DNA of 64,000 nucleotides from Escherichia coli (GTDB lineage Bacteria; Pseudomonadota; Gammaproteobacteria; Enterobacterales; Enterobacteriaceae): NCBI RefSeq assembly GCF_003991155.1, contig NZ_CP031297.1; one strand, 5' to 3'. Shown piece by piece: positions 17,503 to 26,200 of this stretch (position 1 is its first letter; each line of letters starts with the position of its first letter). The notes under the pieces were generated by a model. It saw only the letters and a program-made list of their open reading frames with translations, ran no database searches and was not told where the DNA came from. The position numbers and the translations under genes were made by a program.

Positions 17503-18164
17503 TGCGTAAGAGAGATTTCTTTTTTGGAGAGGTGTATGAGGGGAGTGGAGGAGCCACTCTACGACTGAGTGATATGGAACCATTGGCAAGAAAAGTGTCG
17601 GCAGAGTTCTTCACTGCACAACTGAACCGTATACTGAAAGAGCATGACGGTCAGTTGACGCTCAGCGATGGAACGTCGTACCCCAGCTTTTGGAGCTTCA
17701 TCGACAAGGTTGATCCAGAGCAGGTTGGTTTCGTGGAGATCTACGCTCGGCAGGATGTTAACGATAATGTTGAAGCGACACTGGCGTGTGACATCGTTTT
17801 GGTAAATGGTGTGATCACCGTTAAACCTCACTGGTGTGCTTACAAAGACATCAGGGCTGACGAAGTGATTTCCACCTTACTGGTGCCTTTGCATTTGAAG
17901 GCTCTCCAGGGTAAGGCTTACATTCGCTGGGATGATGGTGAAACCGAACCTCTGTTACAAAACGACGACTATCAGGCTGAACTTGAAAATGTGTTTAGTG
18001 TTTCCAAGTACCCATCAGCCATGAGCTGGGGCGATACAGCAGACCAGAAGGTTAAGCAGTACAAGATGGACCTTGAGTGCGCCACAGATGTTGGTCGTCG
18101 AGGTGTCTCATCAGAGCAAGCATGGGATGCTTATCGAGAACTCCGTTACAATAGAACAGTGTGA
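17502..18164 (+). CDS. hypothetical protein (220 aa)
   Basis: TAATG overlap with the upstream gene. Confidence 0.45.
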   Translation: MRKRDFFFGEVYEGSGGATLRLSDMEPLARKVSAEFFTAQLNRILKEHDGQLTLSDGTSYPSFWSFIDKVDPEQVGFVEIYARQDVNDNVEATLACDIVLVNGVITVKPHWCAYKDIRADEVISTLLVPLHLKALQGKAYIRWDDGETEPLLQNDDYQAELENVFSVSKYPSAMSWGDTADQKVKQYKMDLECATDVGRRGVSSEQAWDAYRELRYNRTV

Positions 18165-18167
18165 AAC

Positions 18168-18187
18168 AAGCGGCCATCGGCCGCTTT
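18168..18187 (+). terminator. hairpin terminator candidate
   Basis: AAGCGGCC-atc-GGCCGCTT followed by a short T run. Confidence 0.45.
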
Positions 18188-18189
18188 GA

Positions 18190-18207
18190 ACTTTCACATG
18201 TGAAAGT
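18190..18207. promoter_or_regulatory. palindrome ACTTTCACATGTGAAAGT, copy 2 of 4
   Basis: Exact copy, about 47 bp upstream of the box at 18254. Confidence 0.5.
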
Positions 18208-18253
18208 TTTTCGCCTCCCGCTCTTATCATCTCCTCGAATAAACCTCCATAAA

Positions 18254-18277
18254 GTGCCCAAAATGGGCCGTAACAGC
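18254..18277 (+). promoter_or_regulatory. AcaCD/SetCD-type box
   Basis: gtgcccaaaatgggccgtaacagc. Confidence 0.55.
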
Positions 18278-18344
18278 ACTGTTCCTAGATTGATCAATTA
18301 AGAGACGATTACTCCGTGATGACGACAAGTTATTTGGAGGGTCT

Positions 18345-18488
18345 ATGTCCGCACAAGCTCACGTCAGAGAAAGCGAAAGCTCATCTGGTTCATTCATCTC
18401 CTGGCAGTTCCTTGTCTGGCAGGTGATGTTCGTTATAGGTGTTGTTGCAGGGATGAACCTGGAACACGCATTCAATTTTCTAGGTTAA
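18345..18488 (+). CDS. small single-pass membrane protein (47 aa)
   Basis: Own translation MSAQAHVRESESSSGSFISWQFLVWQVMFVIGVVAGMNLEHAFNFLG; GGAGGG upstream; TAATG junction to the next ORF. Confidence 0.35.
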   Translation: MSAQAHVRESESSSGSFISWQFLVWQVMFVIGVVAGMNLEHAFNFLG

Positions 18489-18865
18489 TGGGAGGAAGTG
18501 TGAACCTTAATAAACAATTTTTCTGGTTTTTGATGAACGCGGTGCTGATGTGCATCTTCATCGTTCCAGTGGCCGTCGCGTTTTGGCTGTCTGCTTTTGC
18601 GGCAGGTTTTGACTGGAGTCAGTGGGTTAAGTTGGCTGCTGATACGGCCAACAGAGCTGCAAGTGACCCGGCCAAGGCTCTGGGCACGGTTCAGACCTAC
18701 TGGGGCATTCTCAGCTTCTTCCTGCTGGCGGCGTACAGTCTGATGTTCAAGTTTAAAGCCAATGCTAACAAGGAAGTGAAAACTCTGGAGGTGGCCCGAC
18801 CAGCCAATGAAGTTAGCGTTGCGGCTTCGGAAAAACATTCGGAAGCGGTTCCTCAAAATCAATAA
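18488..18865 (+). CDS. membrane protein (125 aa)
   Basis: Hydrophobic N-terminal half; a GTG start at 18500 after GGGAGGAAG is also possible. Confidence 0.45.
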   Translation: MGGSVNLNKQFFWFLMNAVLMCIFIVPVAVAFWLSAFAAGFDWSQWVKLAADTANRAASDPAKALGTVQTYWGILSFFLLAAYSLMFKFKANANKEVKTLEVARPANEVSVAASEKHSEAVPQNQ

Positions 18866-18881
18866 CCGATCCAGTAAACGC

Positions 18882-18911
18882 AAAAAAGGCGGCTTAGGCC
18901 GCCTTTTTTTA
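18882..18911. terminator. intrinsic terminator (A-run/hairpin/T-run)
   Basis: aaaaaaGGCGGCttagGCCGCCttttttt. Confidence 0.65.
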
Positions 18912-18924
18912 TTTGTCGCTGGAA

Positions 18925-18948
18925 GTGCCCGAAAAGGGCGCGAAGCCG
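18925..18948 (+). promoter_or_regulatory. AcaCD/SetCD-type box upstream of traL
   Basis: gtgcccgaaaagggcgcgaagccg. Confidence 0.55.
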
Positions 18949-19009
18949 TGGCAGAAAATCAGTGACCCTGAATGAGAATACAGGCCACTAGGAAAAGAAG
19001 AGGGTTGCT

Positions 19010-19291
19010 ATGAAGCCTGTAAAGATACCGCGCCGGGTCGATGAGCCCCCGCATCTGCTGTTGTGGAGCGCAGATGAGTTGGCCCCGATGCTTTTGGGGC
19101 TAACGATAGGGGTCATCATCGGTAAGGCTCTGATCTGCTTTCTGGGGGGGTTACTTGTAACCAACCTTTATCGCCGATTCAGGGATAACCATCCGGATGG
19201 ATACCTGCTCCACATGATCTACTGGGCCGGGTTCATCATGACCAAGGCCAAATCTCTCAAGAACCCGTTTGTCCGGAGGTATTTGCCTTGA
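19010..19291 (+). CDS. traL: F-type pilus assembly protein TraL
   Basis: 93 aa; MKPVKIPRRVDEPPHLLLWSADELAPMLLGL pattern; first gene of the traLEKBVA order. Confidence 0.8.
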   Translation: MKPVKIPRRVDEPPHLLLWSADELAPMLLGLTIGVIIGKALICFLGGLLVTNLYRRFRDNHPDGYLLHMIYWAGFIMTKAKSLKNPFVRRYLP

Positions 19292-19914
19292 ACCTGAAAA
19301 AGTATCTCAAGACCTGGGAAGGGACCCAAACAGAAAATAAGTGGGGGCGAATCTTCCAGGGTGGTCTTATTGCTATCGTTTTCCTGCTGGTGGTCCAAGT
19401 ATTCAGCAAGGAAACCATCGTCACTATCCAGCCTTTCACGCTCACGGAAGAAGCCTGGGTGACGAAAAGTAACGCCTCTCAGTCCTATAAAGAGGCTTGG
19501 GGTTTCGCTTTTGCTCAGCTCCTTGGCAATGTGACGCCAGGAACCGTTGACTTTGTGAAAGAACGGATCACCCCGCTTCTCTCCCCGAGCATCTATCAGG
19601 ACGTGATTGATGCCATCGAAATTCAAGCTCAACAGATCAAGAACGACCGCGTAACCATGCGGTTTGAGCCGCGTTTTGTTGAGTACGAGCCCAAGAGCGA
19701 CAAGGTGTTTGTCTACGGATATTCCTACGTCAAAGGGGCTTCTTCTAACGAAGAGCGTAGCGAACGCTCCTACGAGTTCGCCATCAAGATTTCAAACTAC
19801 GCGCCCGTGCTGGACTACATCGACACCTATGTAGGAAAGCCACGCACCAAAACTGTTTTGGAGCAACTCCAGCGCAAAGAAGAAAACCGGAGAAAGCATG
19901 AAGAACAACGCTAA
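19288..19914 (+). CDS. traE: F-type pilus assembly protein TraE
   Basis: 208 aa, N-terminal TM, position. Confidence 0.8.
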   Translation: MNLKKYLKTWEGTQTENKWGRIFQGGLIAIVFLLVVQVFSKETIVTIQPFTLTEEAWVTKSNASQSYKEAWGFAFAQLLGNVTPGTVDFVKERITPLLSPSIYQDVIDAIEIQAQQIKNDRVTMRFEPRFVEYEPKSDKVFVYGYSYVKGASSNEERSERSYEFAIKISNYAPVLDYIDTYVGKPRTKTVLEQLQRKEENRRKHEEQR

Positions 19915-20815
19915 ACTTTCGCTCCTGGCGCTGTCCTTGGCGCTTGGAACTTCAATGGCCTATGCCTCGGATGACATTCCTGTTGTCCCGGCCAGTGTTA
20001 TGAAAAAGGATGTTCCTGCCCCTGTGACGTCAGGACAAAGCTCCCATGAGGTTGTGGGCAGCATGAATGAAAACCCCTTACTGACGATGAAGCCGGGGGT
20101 TAACCAGATCATCCCGATAGCCGTTGGTCATCCGAACCGAATCGTCACGCCTTTCAGCAATCCTGAGATCGTTTCAACATCTCTGACCGGGGCGACGGAT
20201 AACGGCCAGTGTGGTGAGGTCTGCATCAAAGAGAATGTGGTCTATGTCGCCACGGATAAGCAGTATCCGGTGACTATGTTCATTACTGAAAAAGGCTCGG
20301 AAGCCCAAGCTCTCAGCCTGACGATGGTTCCCCGTCGTATTCCGCCCAGAGAAGTCTTTCTCAAGCTCGATGGTGGTGTAGGTATCACTGGTGCTTTTGC
20401 CAATACCAAGGCTGAGACCTGGGAACAGAGCCAGCCTTATGTCGAAACCATCCGGTCGGTATTCCGCAAGATTGCTCTTGGTGAAGTCCCTCAAGGTTAC
20501 ACGTTGAACCGCATCCCTGCTGGTGCTGCGGTGCCGAGCTGCGCTCATCCTGGGGTAAAGGTGGATTTCAGCAAGGGGCAATACATGATGGGCCACCACC
20601 TTAACGTGTTCATCGGTGTCGCCCTGAACGTCTCTGATCAGCCTATTGAGTTCAAAGAGGCGTTGTGTGGGAGCTGGGATGTGGCTGCGGTGACTACGTG
20701 GCCGCTTAACGTGCTTGAGCCCGGCCAGAAGACGGAGATCTATGTGGCGAAGAAGCAGAAGCGTGGTCTCGCACCAACGTCTAAGCGTCCATCGCTGCTG
20801 GGAGGTGCCCAATGA
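19898..20815 (+). CDS. traK: F-type T4SS secretin-like protein TraK
   Basis: 305 aa, signal peptide, position between traE and traB. Confidence 0.75.
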   Translation: MKNNAKLSLLALSLALGTSMAYASDDIPVVPASVMKKDVPAPVTSGQSSHEVVGSMNENPLLTMKPGVNQIIPIAVGHPNRIVTPFSNPEIVSTSLTGATDNGQCGEVCIKENVVYVATDKQYPVTMFITEKGSEAQALSLTMVPRRIPPREVFLKLDGGVGITGAFANTKAETWEQSQPYVETIRSVFRKIALGEVPQGYTLNRIPAGAAVPSCAHPGVKVDFSKGQYMMGHHLNVFIGVALNVSDQPIEFKEALCGSWDVAAVTTWPLNVLEPGQKTEIYVAKKQKRGLAPTSKRPSLLGGAQ

Positions 20816-22128
20816 TTAAGCGATTTTGGACACAGTTAGACCCCAACAAGAAGCGTTGGGTGTCTATCGCTGGCGGCGTCTTCGTTCTTTTTGCGGTCGT
20901 GACAATGTTCTCTGGTGAACCCAAGAAAGAAGAGAAGCGCGGTCGCCAAGAAACCATCAAGCACGTTCTCACAGACAAAAACACCCGTGAGATCGGGATA
21001 GATTCGTTGTCTGCCGATGTGAAGATGGTGTCTCGTGAAAACTCCGACCTGAAAAAGGAGCTGGAACGAGTCAAGAAAGAGCTGGAGGAAACCAAAACCA
21101 CTGCCGGGAAATCCAGTGATGTTGGCCGTGAGATGACCCGCCTTCGTCAAGATTTGGACCGCCTGACCCAGAAGAACATGGAATTGGCTAAGAAAGTCGA
21201 AACCGGCGCTGCTGGTGGAAAAACATCCTCTTCATCAGAGGATGCCAGAGCCGATGTTAATGGTGCATCTGGTGGTGATGGTCAGTTCATGGAGAAAAAG
21301 CTCGACTACAAAGATCCTGCATCCTTTTTTCGGGACGCACCGCTTCCTGACTCGAAGGGTGGGGCTCCTGCAACTGGCAAGGGAGACGGTCGTGATGCAA
21401 CTAAACCAGGCATCCAAATAGTGAGCTACTCGCAGAAAGCGCCAGAAGTTGAAGAGAAGGACAACAAGGATGATGAGTCTATCTACCTACCTTCTGGCTC
21501 CATCCTGACAGGGGTGCTCATCAACGGTATGGACGCACCAACATCTCAAGGTGCTCGTCGAGATCCGTTCCCTTCGACCCTCAGGATTCAGAAAGAGGCT
21601 ATTTTGCCTAACCGCTTCCGTGCGGATGTTCGTGAGTGCTTCCTGATTGTTTCAGGCTATGGAGATCTCAGTTCAGAGCGAGCGTACCTGCGTGGCGAGA
21701 CCTTCTCGTGCGTTCGGGATGATGGGGGTGTCATAGAAGCGAAGCTGGATTCCTATGCAGTGGGTGAAGACGGTAAGGCCGGTGTCCGTGGTCGCGTCGT
21801 ATCGAAGCAGGGGCAAATCATCGCCAAGAGCTTGATGGCAGGCTTCCTTGGTGGCGTTTCCGAAGCCTTTGACGTCAATCCTGTGCCGGTCGTTAGCACT
21901 AACCCTGGCTCAAATACCCAGTACCAGTCTGTGTTCTCCGACCAGATGTTGCAGGGAGCAGCAGTGAAGGGGGCCAGTAAGGCGCTAGATCGCATCGCTC
22001 AGTTCTATATCGACATGGCCGAAGGCATCTTCCCTGTTATCGAGGTCGATGCTGGCCGTCAGGTAGACATCATCGTGACCAAAGGAACCAAGCTACAAAT
22101 TCGTTCCACCGGGGGAACCAAGAAATGA
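20812..22128 (+). CDS. traB: F-type T4SS protein TraB (VirB10-like)
   Basis: 438 aa; N-terminal TM, coiled coil, Gly/Ser-rich linker, conserved C-terminal domain; position. Confidence 0.8.
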   Translation: MIKRFWTQLDPNKKRWVSIAGGVFVLFAVVTMFSGEPKKEEKRGRQETIKHVLTDKNTREIGIDSLSADVKMVSRENSDLKKELERVKKELEETKTTAGKSSDVGREMTRLRQDLDRLTQKNMELAKKVETGAAGGKTSSSSEDARADVNGASGGDGQFMEKKLDYKDPASFFRDAPLPDSKGGAPATGKGDGRDATKPGIQIVSYSQKAPEVEEKDNKDDESIYLPSGSILTGVLINGMDAPTSQGARRDPFPSTLRIQKEAILPNRFRADVRECFLIVSGYGDLSSERAYLRGETFSCVRDDGGVIEAKLDSYAVGEDGKAGVRGRVVSKQGQIIAKSLMAGFLGGVSEAFDVNPVPVVSTNPGSNTQYQSVFSDQMLQGAAVKGASKALDRIAQFYIDMAEGIFPVIEVDAGRQVDIIVTKGTKLQIRSTGGTKK

Positions 22129-22703
22129 AAAATTTGAACATTTTGACCAGAAAGGGCAGTTCCAGAGGCGAGGCTCAAAAGGAACAGGCAGTAAGATCCG
22201 CAAAGATGTTGGGGGTGGGTGCAGCGCTACTTATTTTGTCGGGCTGTTCGACGTTCAACATCGGCAAGGATGAGTATAGCTGTCCGGGAATGCCGAATGG
22301 TGTTCAGTGTATGTCAGCGCGAGACGTTTACGCCGCAACCAATGACGGAAATGTCCCGCGTCCAATGAAACCAGAGGAAGTCGAGGCCAAAGCGGAAGCG
22401 GATGGCGAAGGTTCCTCAAACGTTTCAGCGAACTCATCTAGCTCCGGAGACCCGGTGATTGACAACTATGTCGCACCGCGTCTTCCGGATCGCCCGATTC
22501 CAATTCGTACACCAGCACAGGTTATGCGGATTTGGGTAGCTCCCTGGGAGGACACCAATGGTGATCTCATCGTGACAGGGTATGTCTATACCGAAATCGA
22601 ACCGCGCAGGTGGGTGATTGGGGATGGCACACCGCAAAGTGAGCCAGTTTTGAGACCGCTGCAAACGGTACAACACGAACCGAAGTCTGAAACAACCAAA
22701 TAG
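22125..22703 (+). CDS. traV: F-type T4SS lipoprotein TraV
   Basis: Lipobox LILSGCSTF followed by a second Cys (YSCPG). Confidence 0.75.
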   Translation: MKNLNILTRKGSSRGEAQKEQAVRSAKMLGVGAALLILSGCSTFNIGKDEYSCPGMPNGVQCMSARDVYAATNDGNVPRPMKPEEVEAKAEADGEGSSNVSANSSSSGDPVIDNYVAPRLPDRPIPIRTPAQVMRIWVAPWEDTNGDLIVTGYVYTEIEPRRWVIGDGTPQSEPVLRPLQTVQHEPKSETTK

Positions 22704-22706
22704 GAG

Positions 22707-23099
22707 ATGTTCTTGATGAACGCAAATCAGTTGGCGAATGCCTCAAGTAAAAACAACGCACTCTTCCTCTTCCTGGGGTTGATGGTGGTAGCCTTCCTGC
22801 TCGTGCCGGATCAGGCCCACGCTGGTACTGGTGGTACAGCGTTTGACGACGTATGGGTAACTCTCAAGGATTGGACCCAAGGTACTTTGGGTCGAATCGT
22901 TGCGGGTGCGATGATCCTGGTCGGTGTTGTTGGTGGTATCGCTCGCCAGAGCCTCATGGCTTTCGCTATGGGTATCGGTGGCGGTATGGGCCTGTACAAC
23001 TCCCCGACCGTAGTGGAATCCATCATGTCTGCTACTCTGGAACATGCAGAGAAGGTCATCCCGGCTGTTGTGCAACTCAGCAATGGCCTGGGGGTGTAA
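22707..23099 (+). CDS. traA: F-type pilin precursor TraA
   Basis: 130 aa; long leader ending AHAGTGG; two hydrophobic helices. Confidence 0.75.
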   Translation: MFLMNANQLANASSKNNALFLFLGLMVVAFLLVPDQAHAGTGGTAFDDVWVTLKDWTQGTLGRIVAGAMILVGVVGGIARQSLMAFAMGIGGGMGLYNSPTVVESIMSATLEHAEKVIPAVVQLSNGLGV

Positions 23100-23129
23100 A
23101 AGACACCTTGCCGTTAATCAACGGGTGAT

Positions 23130-23161
23130 AGGGGCAGCCTAAAAGCTGCCCTTATTTTTTG
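23130..23161 (+). terminator. intrinsic terminator after traA
   Basis: GGGCAGC-ctaaaa-GCTGCCC plus ttatttttt. Confidence 0.7.
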
Positions 23162-23203
23162 GCAAAAAGTCCAGTCATAACAAATTCCAACTATTTCCTT
23201 ATT

Positions 23204-23228
23204 TGCTCAAAAAGGGCACTTCCACAGC
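23204..23228 (+). promoter_or_regulatory. degenerate AcaCD/SetCD-type box upstream of the giant ORF
   Basis: tgctcaaaaagggcacttccacagc; the left half-site is weak. Confidence 0.4.
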
Positions 23229-23287
23229 CCATGTTTATGCACTCCCTCCCGTAACCTCCAGCATTGGGTTCTTGTAACTCAAAACGA

Positions 23288-26200
23288 ATGGAGAATGCGA
23301 TGATCAATTTCAAGCCTAAAATTCCGGCGATGCTTGGGGCTCTGGCGGTTCTTACCGCTGGTGCTGCTCATGCAGAGCTGCTGGAATACACCTTTAAGGC
23401 TCCAGATGGTACGCAACGGTCTCTGACTCCGAATGCCAACTATGCCAACCCAACGGGCAATATCTCGTTTGCCTTGAGTGCCGGTATCGACCGAAAGGTA
23501 AAGATTTCGGTGCTTCGGTCGGATGGAACAGTGGTTTCGACAGCGACCAGCCACCTTCTTGGGGCTACTGATCGCATCACAGTGGGTGGAAAATCCTACT
23601 ATGGTGCGGAACTTCAACTACCAGCTCCAGTTGGTGGGGCATACACTATCAGGGCGGAAATTCTTGCCTCTGATGGTTCTACAGTACAGACGGATGAATA
23701 CCCTCTTACTGTCGATGTGACGCCGCCAACCTACTCTTCGCTTGCCCCGGTTTATAGTAACTATGGGCAGGTTACTAGCGGTGATGTTTGGAAACTGGGT
23801 CTAGGTGGCTCTGAGGATAATGCCTTTTTGCTGTCAGGAATCTCTGATGAGTCACCCATCAAAGGCGTCAAAGCAAAGCTGTATCGTCAAGACGGTTCAC
23901 TCTACAAAGATGTATCCGTGAACTACGATGACGCTAACGGACAAGCTAGACAGTCTTTCCAATCTGGCTTTTTCCCAGCCTCTGACTTGGATGAAGTGTT
24001 TACACTTCAGTTTGAGATAAGCGATAGCGCTGGAAATAGCTATCTTTCACCTCGTCAAAAAGTGATGTTTGATAGCATAACCAATGCTCCGTCTGCACCT
24101 TTTGGTGTTTATGACCCTTCAAGTACAAACAACTTAGGCCCTGGATTAACCGGATTTGTTGCTTACACTGAGGGCATGACAGTTAAAACTAACCCAATCA
24201 AGTTAGCTTGGCGTGTTCCGCGTGATAACTGGCATGAGTATAGAGAAGGTGGGATAAATATGACCAATGCCTTGGGAGAGATGTCCAAGGTAGGAGAAGA
24301 TGCCAGCTATGTTTATCTCGTCACAACCGCACCTTATGGCAATACCGACGGCAATTATTGGCGTTGGGTGAACTTCGGCCAGTGGGGGGGAGGCGGTATT
24401 GCTTATAACCTCACACTCTCTCCATCAGCGCCTAAAAGTCCCAGACTTTTGGGTGTGGACTACAATTACAGTGATATAGGATGGTCTAGTTTTTACCGCT
24501 ACTGGGTGAACAATTCTGTTCTTCCTGTCACTGTTAGTAGTATCCGTGTCAAAGTTGAACCAAGGCCTTACGTTCAAACTGCCGTTCACAGGGGAAGCTG
24601 TGAAATTCCTGTTGGTCAAGATAGCTGCGTGATTGCAAATAGCTTCACAATGGCTAAAGGCACAACAGGGTACGTCCACGATAATGCGACAGTTTTCAAT
24701 CCGGATAAATCTCTTCGCTCGAATCCTCTTTGGGCAGAGGTTAACTGGAACGATCAGCACTACCCTCAGCTAAGTCAGCAGTTCGATCAAAATAGCAAGG
24801 TATTTACCTTATTCGTTAACCAGCCAGGACGAGGCGCTTACTTTGATAGGCTGCGTCTGCGAAGTGCATGGATTGAAGATAGCAAAGGCAACAAGCTGTC
24901 TCCAACTGGTGGGTTAATAGCCAACAACTGGGAGAACTACACTTACCAGTGGGATCTTAAAACTCTCCCTGAGGGGCAATACAGTCTTGTTGCCGCAGCA
25001 GAGGAGATGCACGGGCCTTTAACGCGACAACCAATGTTCCAGATAACGTCTGATAGAACGCCACCAACCATGACACTCAGTGTGGCAGATGGAGCAGCTA
25101 TCCAGACTCTAGATGATGTTGTTATTACCTTGGCTGATGCTATCGACCCTTCACCTAAATTGACCTCTATTGCCCTTGTAGGGGGGCCTGCCAATGACAA
25201 GGTGCAGTTGTCTTGGCGTGAGGAGTCGAAAGGTCGATTCCGCCTTGAGTACCCGGTAATGTTCCCTTCTTTGAAGGAAGGGGAATCTTACACGCTGACT
25301 GTTTCCGGTGAGGATGCACAAGGCAATGCGGTTCAAAAGGCTGTTGGCTTCGAGTACAAACCTCGTCAGGTAATGCTGGCGGATGGGATGGATGGCAAGG
25401 TCATGGTCCCCGCTGTCACTCATGAATTTGTTCATGCAGATGGCAAACGGATCATCGAAACCAAGCCGCTGACGCTCAGTGATGGTGCTGTCGTGACAGG
25501 TTCATACGACGTGTTTGCGACCCTACGTTCTGATGCGAAAGTACCGCTGGTGGTTAATGGGGTGCGTATCGAGCCAGGCCAGACAATGGGGATCATGAGC
25601 CAACATGATTTCGGTGCGTCAGGTGGTCGTTTGAGCATTCCGGTTAAACCTGCTGTTCCTGATGTGGTCGGCTCTTCCAGCCTTCTTGTCATGACCTCCG
25701 CGCCGAACTCACCCATCTTGGTTGTGGACATCAATACCTGGAAAGGGACGGCTAAGCTCTCTGCTGAATCATGGACAATTCGCCAGGTCATTGACCCAGT
25801 GAAAATCTATGCCCTGCCAGAGTCGGGTGTGCCTTGCCGGTTCACCACGAAAGAGGATGTGGCTATGGCCGCAGACCCAATTCGTGACCCGGTGTGTTTG
25901 CTCCAGTGGGACAGAACTCCAGATGAGGCTGAACAAACTACGCAGGACAACAACGGGATGAAAGTTGCTGGGCTGGTGGGGCAGGCTGTGAGCATTGGTG
26001 AACAACCTGTCGAATACAGCCTGTACCTGTTCAGTGGTGACGGTTCCAAGGTAAAAGTTGGGTCTGGCTCTCAGAACCTGACGGTAACTACTGCCTATGG
26101 CTCTGTTGGCTACACCCCGATTGATGACATTGCTCAGGTGAATCGCGTCATTGAAGATTTTGATGTGAACTTCAAGCAGAGCAAGGGGCCAGACTGTTCT

